A DNA stretch of 64,000 nt from Mantamonas sphyraenae STR306 (Eukaryota > Protista > CRuMs): assembly GCA_026936335.1 (NCBI GenBank), contig JAPMXV010000072.1, positions 124,001 through 188,000 on the forward strand, in the 5' to 3' direction. Below, piece after piece: positions 1 through 11,352 of the stretch (the first letter of the stretch is position 1; the number at the start of each line of letters is the position of its first letter). Made by a program: the position numbers and the translations under genes. The notes under the pieces were generated by a model, which was not told the DNA's origin, did not search any database, and saw nothing but the letters and a program-made list of their open reading frames with translations.

Positions 1-517
1 GTCAAACAGCTGTTCAGCCCCCCGCCACCCCCGTGTGCCAAGGATCCACACCCAGGCGCGTGCATATGCCACGTCCGATGTCCATGTGTGTATATTTCGT
101 CGTACAACCCTTCCTTTGTCAGTGTTTGTCCTTCCCCGTGCCCTGAAGTTTGTCCCCCCGCCTCATGCTGCTGCTGCTGCCCTCTCCCCCTTCCGTCGCT
201 CCGTCTCCCGCCTGGCACCATGCCATGCCCCACGCCAAACTTACGTCGTGATGCAACGACTTCTGCTTCATGTTGCTGGTGCTCTCTGCCACGCTGGTGG
301 ATCCCTCGGAGCTGGCCATGATGGACACGCGCGAAAACAACCGCACGCTTCCGCAGGCCACGGCCGTCTCGCTCAGCGCTCCCAGCCCGCTCACCACGCT
401 GCTGTTGCTGCTCCTCAGACTTGCCACTGTGCTGCTGCTGCTGCTGCTGCTGCTCTTGCTCACCACACCCACTGTCTTGCTCAGCACACGGCTGCTCTTG
501 CGCACACGCCCAAACAT
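1..517 (-). CDS. 5' part of an unknown, probably mitochondrion-targeted protein (exon 517-245; continues off the window)
   Basis: ATG at 517 starts MFGRVRKSSRVLSK...RLFS, an Arg/Ser-rich presequence-like segment; perfect GTAAGT donor at 244; downstream exon frame unresolved. Confidence 0.5.
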
Positions 518-599
518 TTCGACTTTGGCAGGACTTGGCTCCGCGCTCGCGCCGCTCGCGACGCCACCGAAACCCACAGCCCTTGTTTCCTTCGACGAC

Positions 600-2156
600 A
601 TGTTTGTTCGCCGTGCCAACCGTGCTCAAGGCCACACCCGTCGCGCCATGTCCACTGCCGCCTCGTTCCCTCAAAGCCGCGAGGGTAACGAGTACGAGCT
701 CAACTGGAGCCTGGGTATGTCGAGTCCATCAGCCCCAGCCCCACCCCTTGCCTCCCCCGGTTTCCTTGCCCTGCTTTCCATGATGCCCCTCCCTCCATCC
801 CACCGGCTTCCCCATCCCGCTGTCCATCCCTATCCACCCGTTGTTGGACAGTGCCTCTTGTCTTCCACCATCCCTGGGCCGTGTGCAAAATGCGCTGCGC
901 TGACCCTCCGTTTGCCCGCCTCATCCCACCCGACCCCCCCCCCCCCACACAGCTGCAAACGGCGTCCCTCCCACAAACTCTGCCTACCGTAACCTGTACA
1001 CACCCATTGCCGATGGGCCTGCTGCCAAGGGTAGGTTGCATGCGGTGGTCTCTGGCCCCGTGTGCCTCACCAAGCATGTTTGTTTCCCTCCGACCCGTTT
1101 CCACTCCCCACCGCTCGCTCACACTCGTCTGCGGTTGTGTACCCCATGTGCCACCGTGTATGGTCCATGTGCCCCTCCCCCATCCCCTCCCCCCTCACCT
1201 CCCTCTTTCCTGCAGAGAACACTGCGTTCATCGACTCGTACTCGCTGGGCACGTCGCTGCTCCTGAACAAAGTGGCCGACCAGATTTCCGCCTCGGAGAC
1301 GGTGTATGCCGTCGATGGCCAGGCTGCAGGCGGTGCCGTGGCCCTGCGTTGCGTCACCAACTCACCTCGTGTGTCCAACTTTGCCTCGCTGCTGCTGGCA
1401 CCCAGCACCGACCCGGTCACCGCCTACACCCCCGACTCGGTCGCCTACGTCGCCGCCGCCGCCGCTGCTGATGCTTCAAACTCCTCCTCCTCCAAGCACG
1501 CTGGCGTCACTGCTTCTTTGTACAACGGCCTGGCTGCCCTCTCGGGCTCCTCGGGCTCCGCAGCAGTGAGGGATGTGCTTGCCGCCGCCGCCCGCGCTGC
1601 CGTCAGCGACAAGCTGGCTGCCCTGACCCTCAAGTGTGACGCCGTGGCCACTTCCAAAGGCCTCTCCTTGGTGTTTGCACCCCAGGATCTGACTGTCCAG
1701 GCGGCCGTGCTGGCCAACCAGAAGCTGGCCGCCGCCCACCATCTTGCCTGGAGCAACAGCGCCGTGACGCCCATGTGGAACGCTAGCAGCTCCCTCGTGG
1801 CCGCTGGCGAGCAGGGCTACCGTGAAACGGCCCAGGATGGAAAGCAACATGTGCTCACCACTCCCTTCACCTCAGACTCGGCTGCCCTGGGTGCCCCTGT
1901 CAACCTCGTCTTTTTGGTCGATGACGCCGACGCAAACGCCCCCGCAGTGACCACTCTCGACCAGGCCGCTGCCACCGACTTTTACCAAAGCGAGCGTCTT
2001 GACTCGGTCATGAGCCCGCTGTTCCATCTCAACCGTGCGGGTCGTACCCAGCTTGTCGACCTCGTCAACGCTGCCGGCGCAAAGACCACGCTCATCAATG
2101 TCAATGCCTCACAGGTCAGCAAGGCTCTGCCCAAGGCGGTTGCCAGCGCCCTCTAA
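600..2156 (+). CDS. Mitochondrion-targeted PEP carboxykinase (ATP)-like protein lacking catalytic motifs (exons 600-714, 1216-2156; 351 aa)
   Basis: Presequence MFVRRANRAQGHTRRAMST; phase-1 GTATGT..CTGCAG intron joins the frames; VYAVDG..LRCVTNS, PVNLVFL..PAVTTLD and GAKTTLIN resemble PckA elements; GLSGTGKT and GDDEH are absent. Confidence 0.6.
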
Positions 2157-2274
2157 GTGTTTCCCCTCTGGTCATCTGACCGACATCTCAACTGCACATC
2201 CTGATCACCAACATCAACTCCAAGAACAAATCTCAACTCCACACTGCAAGCAATTGCACCACCTTCCATTTCCT

Positions 2275-4293
2275 TCATCGTCCTCCCCTGCCAAGCACAC
2301 GCCTCTCAAACAGGTAAGCAAACCTTTCCCGTGCGCTCTTTTGCTTCTTGCTGTTGCGTGTTCCGCTTCCTCCCTTGCGCTTCTTCCTGCGGAACGGCAC
2401 TCCGGCCACTCTGCCTGCCTCTCCTGCCGCATCTGCTGTTGCCGCCTGCGTGCCCTCGGATTGCATTTGCGGTGTCGCCGTGGTCATTGTCGACGTCATT
2501 GCCGTCGATGTCGTTGTGTTTGTCGTCCGCCTGCGGTCGACCTGCCCGCGGTTCACCTCCTGCTCCTCAGCGATGGCCTTGGCTTGCCATTTGCGCTGTC
2601 GCTGCTTGGGATGGGCCAAGCCAGCCAGCAGACCTGCCGATGCCACCAGCTGTGTCTCACGCACTTCTCCCCACTCCTCCGTGTGTACGGGCGTCACGCG
2701 CTCAAACTGTTCGCTGACCCGCCTGCGCTTCGTGCCAGGCGGTTGCGGTTCGTCCAGCTCTGCGTGTGGCGTGTCCACGTCCAACAAATCCAGCGTCTCT
2801 TCGTCGTCGCTCTCGTCTGCACGCTCCCGCTTGAATCCCTGCTGCGGTTCCGGCACCGTGCGACTCACGTGCAGATCCATGCCGCGCGTGCTGATAATCG
2901 ACTCGTCCGGTTGACGTCCCGTGTCACGGCTGTGGTTCGTTGTGTCATTGGAGAAGGGTTGTGGGCCTCCACCAGCCCCGTGGTGCCGCGTGCGTGTGGT
3001 CACAATGTGCTGCAGCGCATTGTTTCGATGCAACACGTGCATCAATTCCTTCCCGTGTGCAGGTAGCTCCAGGTCAAGGTTGTCCTGCAGCAGCCATCCG
3101 CCTCCCTTGCTGCTCTGCTCGGGCGATGCACGCGACCCATCGTCCTCGGTCAGCACAAAGTCGTCGCCCACCAAAATGTCGCCACCCCTGTTGGTGCTGA
3201 AGATGTGTGCGTTTACACGCCTGTGTGTCCCCGTGCCTGCGTCATCCTCATCGTCCACGTCTGCCTCCTCCACGTCTTTGTCATCCCTGTCCGCCCCCAA
3301 CGTCGTCCCCGTTGTCGTTCCTGCCCCATTCTCTCGTCGCTTCTCCTGCCCGCGCATGGCCAGCTCCTCCTGCATCACCTGCTCCCACGCCAGCGCCATT
3401 TCGTTGCCTTCTATAATGCCCAGTTCAAGCAACGTCGAGCTGCTGTTCATCCGCCTCCTGCGTCCTCCCTGCAGACCAAGCAACTCGTCCTCTTCCTCCG
3501 CCTCCATCACCTCCTCCGGACGCAGGGCGTTGGGCAGACTCAGCGAGCGTGCAAACATGTTGATGAGGCCGCCTTCAATGTCCGACACCGCCGACGACGA
3601 GCCTGGCGTGCTCTCCAGAGGCGCCGTTGCCGTCGTAGTCGTTGTGCTCGTCGTAACGGAACTGTATGGGCTGCCGTGTGGCTCTCTATACTCACCGTAC
3701 CATCCGTGTGGCACATTTCCGTTGCCAACCATCCCATGCCCATCCGAATCCTGTGCGTACATCGCAAACGGCTCGCTGTGCTGCCGCACCAAACGCACAT
3801 CGTCCCACCCGCTCCCATACCCTCCCAGAAGCTGTTCGTCGCTACGCGATAGATCCAAATACTGTGTACGCAGTGCCACCTCCTCGTCCGTCCCGTTGGT
3901 CAAATCGTCCGAGCCTGCACGCACGGGCCACGCGTCCCAAGAATTGGCACGAATTCGTGCGTTGCTCCCGGAAAAAGAAACCCCCCCCGTGTTCAGCCCG
4001 TCCAGATCCTCCAGGCTCTGTGCAGGTGGCAACGTGAATGGCTCGCCTCCCATACCGCTGCCCCCAACCGTCTCGATGTCCAGCGGGTCATCGTTGTCCA
4101 GTCCCAGGCTGCCTTCCAAATCCAGCAGTGTCTCTCGCCCGCCCCGGCTTTCCTCGATGTCCAGGGCGTCACCAGATAGGGCGGACAGCTGCGACGTCAT
4201 GTCCAACAGCTCATCTTCCATGTCCAGCTCCAGCCCAGTGTGTCCTCGTCTCCCCGCACCGTTCGATGCAGCCAGTTTGCGCCCCTGCTCCAT
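2275..4293 (-). CDS. Uncharacterised acidic low-complexity protein with basic NLS-like C-terminus
   Basis: Single long ORF from MEQGRK (ATG 4293); KRRR and RRKKRK clusters; no domain recognised. Confidence 0.6.
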   Translation of the reverse strand: MEQGRKLAASNGAGRRGHTGLELDMEDELLDMTSQLSALSGDALDIEESRGGRETLLDLEGSLGLDNDDPLDIETVGGSGMGGEPFTLPPAQSLEDLDGLNTGGVSFSGSNARIRANSWDAWPVRAGSDDLTNGTDEEVALRTQYLDLSRSDEQLLGGYGSGWDDVRLVRQHSEPFAMYAQDSDGHGMVGNGNVPHGWYGEYREPHGSPYSSVTTSTTTTTATAPLESTPGSSSAVSDIEGGLINMFARSLSLPNALRPEEVMEAEEEDELLGLQGGRRRRMNSSSTLLELGIIEGNEMALAWEQVMQEELAMRGQEKRRENGAGTTTGTTLGADRDDKDVEEADVDDEDDAGTGTHRRVNAHIFSTNRGGDILVGDDFVLTEDDGSRASPEQSSKGGGWLLQDNLDLELPAHGKELMHVLHRNNALQHIVTTRTRHHGAGGGPQPFSNDTTNHSRDTGRQPDESIISTRGMDLHVSRTVPEPQQGFKRERADESDDEETLDLLDVDTPHAELDEPQPPGTKRRRVSEQFERVTPVHTEEWGEVRETQLVASAGLLAGLAHPKQRQRKWQAKAIAEEQEVNRGQVDRRRTTNTTTSTAMTSTMTTATPQMQSEGTQAATADAAGEAGRVAGVPFRRKKRKGGSGTRNSKKQKSARERFAYLFERRVLGRGGR

Positions 4294-4452
4294 CCGCGTT
4301 TGCGTTTCCTTTCCGTTGATGCTCACTCAATCAACACACACTCACACACTCAAGAGGGAGACACAAAGACAAAGAGGGTGCACGGGAACGAAAAGGACGG
4401 GGTCAAAGAGTTGGTTTTGTGGCCGCACAGACTCCCCGAACAAGCCGCAATT

Positions 4453-6509
4453 TCAATCCCACGCCTGGCGACATTGCACAGAGTACAGCTTTCCGTCTCC
4501 TTCGACTTCAATGCGAAAGTAGACAACCATGGCGTGGTGCGGAAGGATGAGACGTGTGCGAGGTCGCCATGTGGCGACGGCATCCTCGTAGTTGCCCCAG
4601 AGTGTGTCGCACCGCTGGCCATGGTGGCCAATGGGCTCGCCCTGGTGGTCGAGGGCAGTCAACCACACTGAGCCCAGCGTGGACGTATGGTAGTTCACCA
4701 CTATCTCCGAGTTGTTGCGACACCACATCGGCCGCGTTATGGCTTCGTTCGTGTACACCCCGGGGATCTTGATGTACTGCTTGTAGTCCACAAACCCACC
4801 CACCTTGGAATACATGTCGGCGGACATGGGAAACGTGGCCTGCACCCATCCGTTCCGTCTCACCTCGTGCCTTTGCAATCGCAACACTCCGGCTTCGCTC
4901 ACGATGGCTTCCACCATGCTCGTGCGCATGCCATGCTCGCTCACATGCCACGCCAAACCATTGTACAGCCCTCCACCTTCGTCGGCATCCTCCACACCTG
5001 TTGTCCCGTCCAAGTAGCGGTCGCGCGACACCCGATGCCACTCAATCCCGTCCGACGACACAATCAGCGTGCGGTCGGTGTTCCACGGCAAGCGGATTCC
5101 GTGGTACACCAGCCTCACGCTGCGTTCCACCACCGCCACAATCAACGTCCCTGCGTCGTCGCTGATGTGCAAGTGCACACGATGCACAACCTCCTCCACA
5201 CCGTCCAACGCCCGCGGTTCCAGCGACAACCCAGTGCCCTGTGCATGCACTCGCCATGTTTTCAGATCCTTGCTGGCCAGCAGCTTCCACCCTTGGCACT
5301 TTCCTTCCTGCCATGCGCTTCCCTCACGCGTCACTGACAGCAGCCATTGCTGCTGGCCCACATGCCACACTGGCCCGGACACATACAATGGCGCCTGTGT
5401 ACCCACTCCATCGTCCATCTCCATCAAACTGGCGCTGATGTGTTCGCGTGCATCCGATGACGACACGCTGTCCCACTCCAGTCCTGCTGCATCTCGGCTT
5501 TCCACGAGCCTCAGTCCGTCTTCTGCCGACCCCACTGCCCGTGTGTACGATTGTGTGTGTGTGTGTGTGTTGTGCTCTTGTGTGTCAGCCATCCCATCCC
5601 ATTCCATGTGCGTCCACTCTTACCGTCCCCTTTCGCCTTACCCAGGGCTTGCACCGTGTGGTGTTCTTTGTGCGGCCGTCCGTGCGCCTTTGCCCGCTCC
5701 CGAGCCAGCATGGAGGGCTGGGGAACAACAGCAAAGACTTCCACTGCGTCATGAAACACCATTCCTGCGGATTGAGTGTACGATGAGCCCGTGTCGGTGC
5801 TGATCAGTGCGCACACGCCGCAGCCGCTGCCCTCCTCGCCTGTTTCGCACCCGTAGTACGTCACAGTGTGGTTCAGTGACGTCTGCACCACGCTCAACTG
5901 TCGACGCATACTGACCCGGTCCTGTTTGCACACATGCGGTGCCTCATCCACTTTCAGCGGCACCTCCTCTGGGTCCGGTGTCAGCGCTTCCATTCGCACA
6001 TCCATCACCTTGTGACCCAGAACCCCCGGCATGGCCATTGGCTGCACCTGCTCCGCTGCCTCCCACTCTGCCTCTGACTCAGGTGCCCCTGCGTCCACCA
6101 GTGCCTTGGCTTCCCTCTCCAGCGTGTTCTTGTCCACCTGTAGCCTGTGCAACTCGAGCAGCGCTTTCCGCCGCGCTTCCCACGCCGCGCTGCCTTCCCG
6201 GTACGTTTCAATCCGCCCATACTCCTTGCGAATTTCCAATTCGCTCGGTTGCGTCTGCATCACAAACGTCGACTCTCCACGCATCATGTACCGTGGCTCC
6301 TCTAGGCTCAGCGACAGGAGCTCTCGTTTGGCCGTCGGCACCACCACGCTCCACCGCCCGTCCCGCGTCACAGGCTCCGTACCACGTGGTCCACGCACGT
6401 AGCTCCTTGCTCTCGCGTCCGCATCGTGCATGGTCAACGTCACGCCGACAATCATCACGGCACTCAGGCCTATCAGGCCCACCAGAATCCAACCCAAACG
6501 CGCCGCCAT
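4453..6509 (-). CDS. Type II membrane protein with a glycoside-hydrolase-like (beta-propeller plus beta-sandwich) C-terminal part (exons 6509-5642, 5534-4453)
   Basis: N-terminal TM helix LGWILVGLIGLSAVMIVGVTL; STDTGSSY, SRDAAGLEW, SKDLKTW and SSDGIEW propeller-like motifs; phase-1 GTAAGG..GGCAG intron. Confidence 0.65.
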
Positions 6510-6616
6510 CTCCTGTCAAAAAAACAAATCCAATTCCAGTTGCCATGGACAGCGCACATCACCTGTATTGGGTGCACAGTGGCCTCAATTGCTCAATTGG
6601 CCTCCAACTCTCCTCT

Positions 6617-9600
6617 TCATCGTCGTCGTCGCTTGCGCCTGCGCGTTTGCACCGGCTCGTCTTCATCGTCCTCGTCGTCGTCCTCGCCTCCGTTCCACTC
6701 GCTGTCATCCTCACTGTCCAGCGCTGCCAACGCACGCGATCGCTTCCCCTGCCGTGTGCCTCGCCCTCCACTCTTCCCGCCCGACTTGCGTGCACTTCCA
6801 CTTTTCCGCGTGTCCTTGCGCGTTCGTCCACGTGACCGACGTGATCGCGGCGACTGAAACGCATCGTCGTCGTCATCGTCGTCGTCGTCGTCGTCGCCCT
6901 CATCATCATCATCGTCGTCCTCCTCCTCGTCGTCGTCGTCCTCCTCCTCTTCATCCCCATCCTCATCTTCCTCCTCGTCCTCCTCCAGACTCAGTTTGCG
7001 CTTCAGACCACGACTTCTGCTGTTGCTGCTGCTGTCGTTCTCCTGCTGTTCATCGGTCGACACGTGCACCACCGACGCGTTGCTGGTTTCTTCGGGCATG
7101 CGGCTCAGTTCCTCCACGTCAATGTTCAACTCCTCCTGGTCCTTGTCCAGCGACCAGCTCGAATCCTTGATCTCCCCGTTGCTTGGGGTCGGTTGCACAA
7201 GCACCGTGTCCACAAACTGGCCCTCTTCTTCCTTCTGCGCATGTGCTTCCTCCACCTCCACTCCCGCCTCACCGCCCAGCGCATCCACAACCCGTCGTTT
7301 GCCCTCATACTTGCGCCGCAGCTTCTTACGCAGTGCCGACGCCGCCTTGCTCATTTCCTCCACCTCACCCAGGTCAAACTCGTCAAACACGCCCTCAAAC
7401 TCCTGCCTCAGCAGCTTCAGGTCGTCCTCGTCCAGCGTACCCACTTCCTCGTCGTACTGGTCCGCCTCGTCCCAGTCCAGCGTCACCTGACGGAACACAT
7501 TCAACAGACGCGATGCCACCCCGCGCAGCTTGCTCTCGTTTGCCACCTCGGTGCGCACGTACTCGTCCAACTGTGAGTAATCCACGTCGTACACCAGTTC
7601 CAACGCACGTGCCATGGCGTGTGCCGGTTTCTCTCGCGTCGTGCGTCGGTGCGTGTCGATCAGGATGCGCATGGTGCGTGCAAACTCGTGCACCTTGTCG
7701 GCCACCACATCCGTCAGCACGTCCATGCACGACTTGTCCACCTCACCCACACCCTGCATCAGCAGCGCACGCGTGACTCCTTTGCTCAACACCTTGTGCA
7801 TCACACGGTCGTCCGCATACACACCCGCAGGCAACGACTGCCCTGCTCTCCATCGTGGCAACTCGTGTTGGTGCACAATGCGCACCCCAGCACGCATTTC
7901 TGCCTCTTCTTCGGGCGTCGGCGCCACATTGTCGCCTCCTGTCCCTCCTCGTCCGCTCCCGGACGCCCCTTCCGTCTCCATCCCGTTCTCTTCAATCTCC
8001 ACCGTTTGCTCGTTGCCAAAGTCTGTCACGTTCTTGCTGCCATACGTTTGCACACGCTCGCACTCGGCCACAATCCTCGCGTGCAGCACACGGATCTGTA
8101 CGTGCGGCACCTTTTCCCTGCCTCCATGGCCGCCGTCGCCACTGACATCGCCACCCACACTCACTCCACCTTCACCTGTGCCTGTTCCACCTCCGACGAG
8201 CCCACTGCCGCTGCTGCTCGCGGGGTTGAACTGTCGATGCACACGAGGCACGTTGGTCAGCACGGGCACACTCGACGTGCGGTGCGCGTACTCCGGGAAG
8301 AAGTTGAAGCTGTTTGCGTTGTGTACGTTGGCCAGGTAGGCGCTCATGTCCTCCTGGCGACGCACCAGCGCCTCTCGCTCGTCAAGCGGCGTGTTTGCTT
8401 GCTTGTAGCGCGTGTTCAGACTGCGCATGCGTTGTTTGATCGTCAGCTCACGCCAGTTCTTCACCTGAACGTCTGCATACACCTTGCCCAGCTCTTCGTG
8501 CACCTCTGGCTCGGCCTCCTCCAGAGCTCGGATCTTGTGGTACATCACACCCACAGGGATCGTCTTGGCCCCCTCTGGCACCTCTCCTTCCTCCTCCTCC
8601 TCCTCGTTGTTCCCACTGCTGCTGCTCTTGCTACTGCCGCTTTTCTTCTTGCGTCCCCTCCCGCCTTTGCTTCGTCCTCCGCCTCCGCCGCTGCTCTTCA
8701 GGCTCGGCGTCGCCCTGCGAATGGCCTCCTGCTGCGCCAGCAACAGTTTGCGCAGACGAGTCTTTGGATCCTGGCCCTGCTCCGTGGTGGCCACCACGCG
8801 ATACTCTTCCAGGTCTTCTGTGTCATGTTCCAGCGAGTAGTACATGTCGTTCAGGCGCACGTCTGTGGCCCACGGCGACGCATTGCTTGGGTGCACCTTG
8901 TTCTCCTGCTGCACCTCTGTACCACTCACTGCCTCGGCCATTTCCTCCACATTCTTCTCCTCTGTCCCGTCCTCGTCCACATCCACCTCCTTGCTCGGCT
9001 GAAGCTTCCTGAGCATCTCTGCGTCGTGTGCTGCCGCAATCAGCTGCCCTGTCAGCAACGATCGCACTCGGTACTGCAGCAACGGACTCGTAACTGTGTG
9101 TTGCAGCAGTTCCATGTCCACGTCGTCCATGGAGATGCCGCTGCGAAAAGTGCATCACAAGGTCAGTTCCTTTCGCCCCTCCTTGCGTCCAACACACACC
9201 TGCACATGGTCCAAACGGCCTGGATGATCCATGCACACCTCATTTCCTATCCGGCCAATGGCGTGTGTCTGTCCACAACACACGCAATACAGGTGCATAC
9301 GCGGAGTGACACGCAATGTGACCCACTCCACGGCCCTCCTGTGCCAGTGCCAGTGCCATCAGGGACACCCTGCCAACAGGTGGACACGCGACACACTCAA
9401 CATGCACGGACAAACACGGTGCAGCTGCTTTGCTGCTGCTTGGGGTCACACGGGACTTGCTGACTCCAAAAAATGCGCGGGAAGAAAACACATCACCCAC
9501 CTGACGCTGGCTTCCTTCTTGGCCGCCGCCTGGCCCTTGGCGTCCTTCTTGCGCGTGGTCGTAAAGGCGTTGATGTCGAATGGGTGCATCTGCACCTCGT

Positions 9601-9956
9601 CTGCAGCCACGCCATTGGGGAGCACTTCCTTCAGCAGCACACGCAGCAGGCTGGATCCGAGGATCGGAAGCGAGGGGGTGTCAGTACAGCCTCCCCCGGC
9701 CCACGCGGCCCCTCACAAAGCCAATTGGTCTTTGCACGTGCCCCACCCAAACTCACCTGCGCTCCTTCCACCACGCATCAAACTTGGCCCCGCCCATAAA
9801 TGCCTTCCAGTGGCCAAACGAGGTCAGTGCTTGCTGAACGGCGGCATACTCGTCGGCATACAGGCGCAGACGCCAGAAATCCTGCTCGTCCAACGCCACG
9901 GCCGTCTTGTACAGGGTCGCCATGTCGGGCGAGTGTAGCACGTCCACAGTGGTCAT
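6617..9956 (-). CDS. SPT7: SAGA subunit Spt7-like histone-fold protein (exons about 9956-9757, 9650-9501, 9140-6617; extra small exons possible)
   Basis: N-terminal LYKTAVALDEQDFW..WKAFM, plus YYSLEHD, WRELT..R..EALVR..M and the Bromo_TP histone fold (LMQGVGEVDKSCMDVLTDVVADKV) resemble fungal Spt7; acidic tail; phase-compatible splice sites. Confidence 0.65.
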
Positions 9957-10027
9957 TGTGTGCACTTGGTTTGGCGCTGTCGGCGCCACCTGAAAAGCAC
10001 TCCGCACCCCCTGCACAGCACGCACAC

Positions 10028-11256
10028 ATGTCTGAACGCGAGAACCTCATTTCCGACAACCCTGAGCTGGAAGAGCTTGTGAAGCTGCAGGACACCAAGA
10101 TTGGCGTCGTGCGTGGCTCCAGCCTGCTCACCGTCACCATTGTCAGCGGCAGCGACCTCATTCCTGCCGACAAGAACGGTTTGGCCGACCCCTACGTCCT
10201 GGTTTCCATGCCCGGTCTTACTGGCGGCATCAAGAGCGACCGCAAGGACAAGACCCTCAACCCAGAGTTTGATGCCACCTTCCACTTGTACGTGTCAACA
10301 CCCAGCGTGCCGATGCTTTTTGAGGCCGCTTGGCTCCTTCCCTCTTTTTTGCAGACACTCCTGCCTGCCCCCACGCTCCACTCGCCTTAGCATGGGCCCG
10401 TGCACCCCTGTCCCAGGGATCTTTGTGGCTGCAACTATGAGCTGTGGATGGTCCCACACGTTGTGCACCTGCGTGGGCGTCGCTTGCGTGGCGTTTATGT
10501 TGCAAGGCCACGAGATTCCTTGACGGGCGCCGAGTTTGGCAATTTGGGTGCAACGGAAACCTGCCTTGATTTCGCCCACAGTCCACTGACACGCAACACT
10601 CGGATGCGTGGCACACACATACACACCACAGCAACTACAACCGCCGCTTTGCCGATGGCGACAAGATCAAGTTTGAGGTGTGGGACTACGACAAGATGAC
10701 TAAGGACGACTTTATGGGCGTGGCCTCGCTGTCGCTGAGCAAGTTGTCTGCAGAGCCGCTGGAGGTGGACCTGTCGCTGGAGGGCCGTGAAGGCAAGAAC
10801 GACAAGGTCACGGGTAGCATCAAGGTGGTTGCAACGATGGTGGAGGGCGACGATCTCAAGGACGCCGTGGAGGGTCTGGACCCGATCGTGGTGGCCTGGG
10901 AGAAGGAGGCGTACGTGAACCCGAGCTACGTCAACATCTTTGGCGCCAGCCATGATGGCTACCTGTATAAGCAGCCGACCAACTCGCAGTTGGACAGCGG
11001 GAAGAAGTGGGAGAAGCGGTACATGGCCATCAACGGCAAGATCCTGTACTACTTTGCCGACCAGACACAGCACGACACCAAGGGCTTTGTTCAGATCCAC
11101 GAGGATTCGGTCAGGATCGACGACGTCGACGACCACAGCGACCGTGGCAACTGCATCTACATCTTCACCGACTTTGTCACTCTCAACCTCAGCGCAGACT
11201 CGGCCGAGGACAAGCAGGCCTGGATCAGCGCCCTGAAGGCAGAGAACAAGAAGTGA
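10028..11256 (+). CDS. C2 domain + PH domain protein (exons 10028-10287, 10632-11256)
   Basis: C2 motifs DLIPADKNGLADPYV, KTLNPEF, FEVWDYDKMTKDDFMG with Ca-binding Asp residues; PH motifs GYLYKQ, WEKRYM, LYYF, LSADSAEDKQAWISAL. Confidence 0.92.
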
Positions 11257-11352
11257 ATGGCGGATGAGCGCACACGCAGTGAATGAAACCGTTGTTGTTC
11301 CAAAAAAACCGGTGTTGCGGTTGCGTTTCGTCCCCTCTGTTCTCCCAAGCCA

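Noticed and set aside
2921-4522. Long antisense and alternative-frame ORFs (also 7619-9463, 26833-28182, 44323-46026, 46030-47938, 62649-63998)
   Set aside because: Shadows of GC-rich or repetitive genes on the opposite strand; no motifs and biased composition
10410-10560. Possible structured ncRNA (snoRNA-like) in the C2-PH intron
   Set aside because: Only 6-bp stems (10416-10421/10450-10455, 10487-10492/10507-10512), expected by chance at this GC content; no clear C/D or H/ACA boxes; needs an Infernal search
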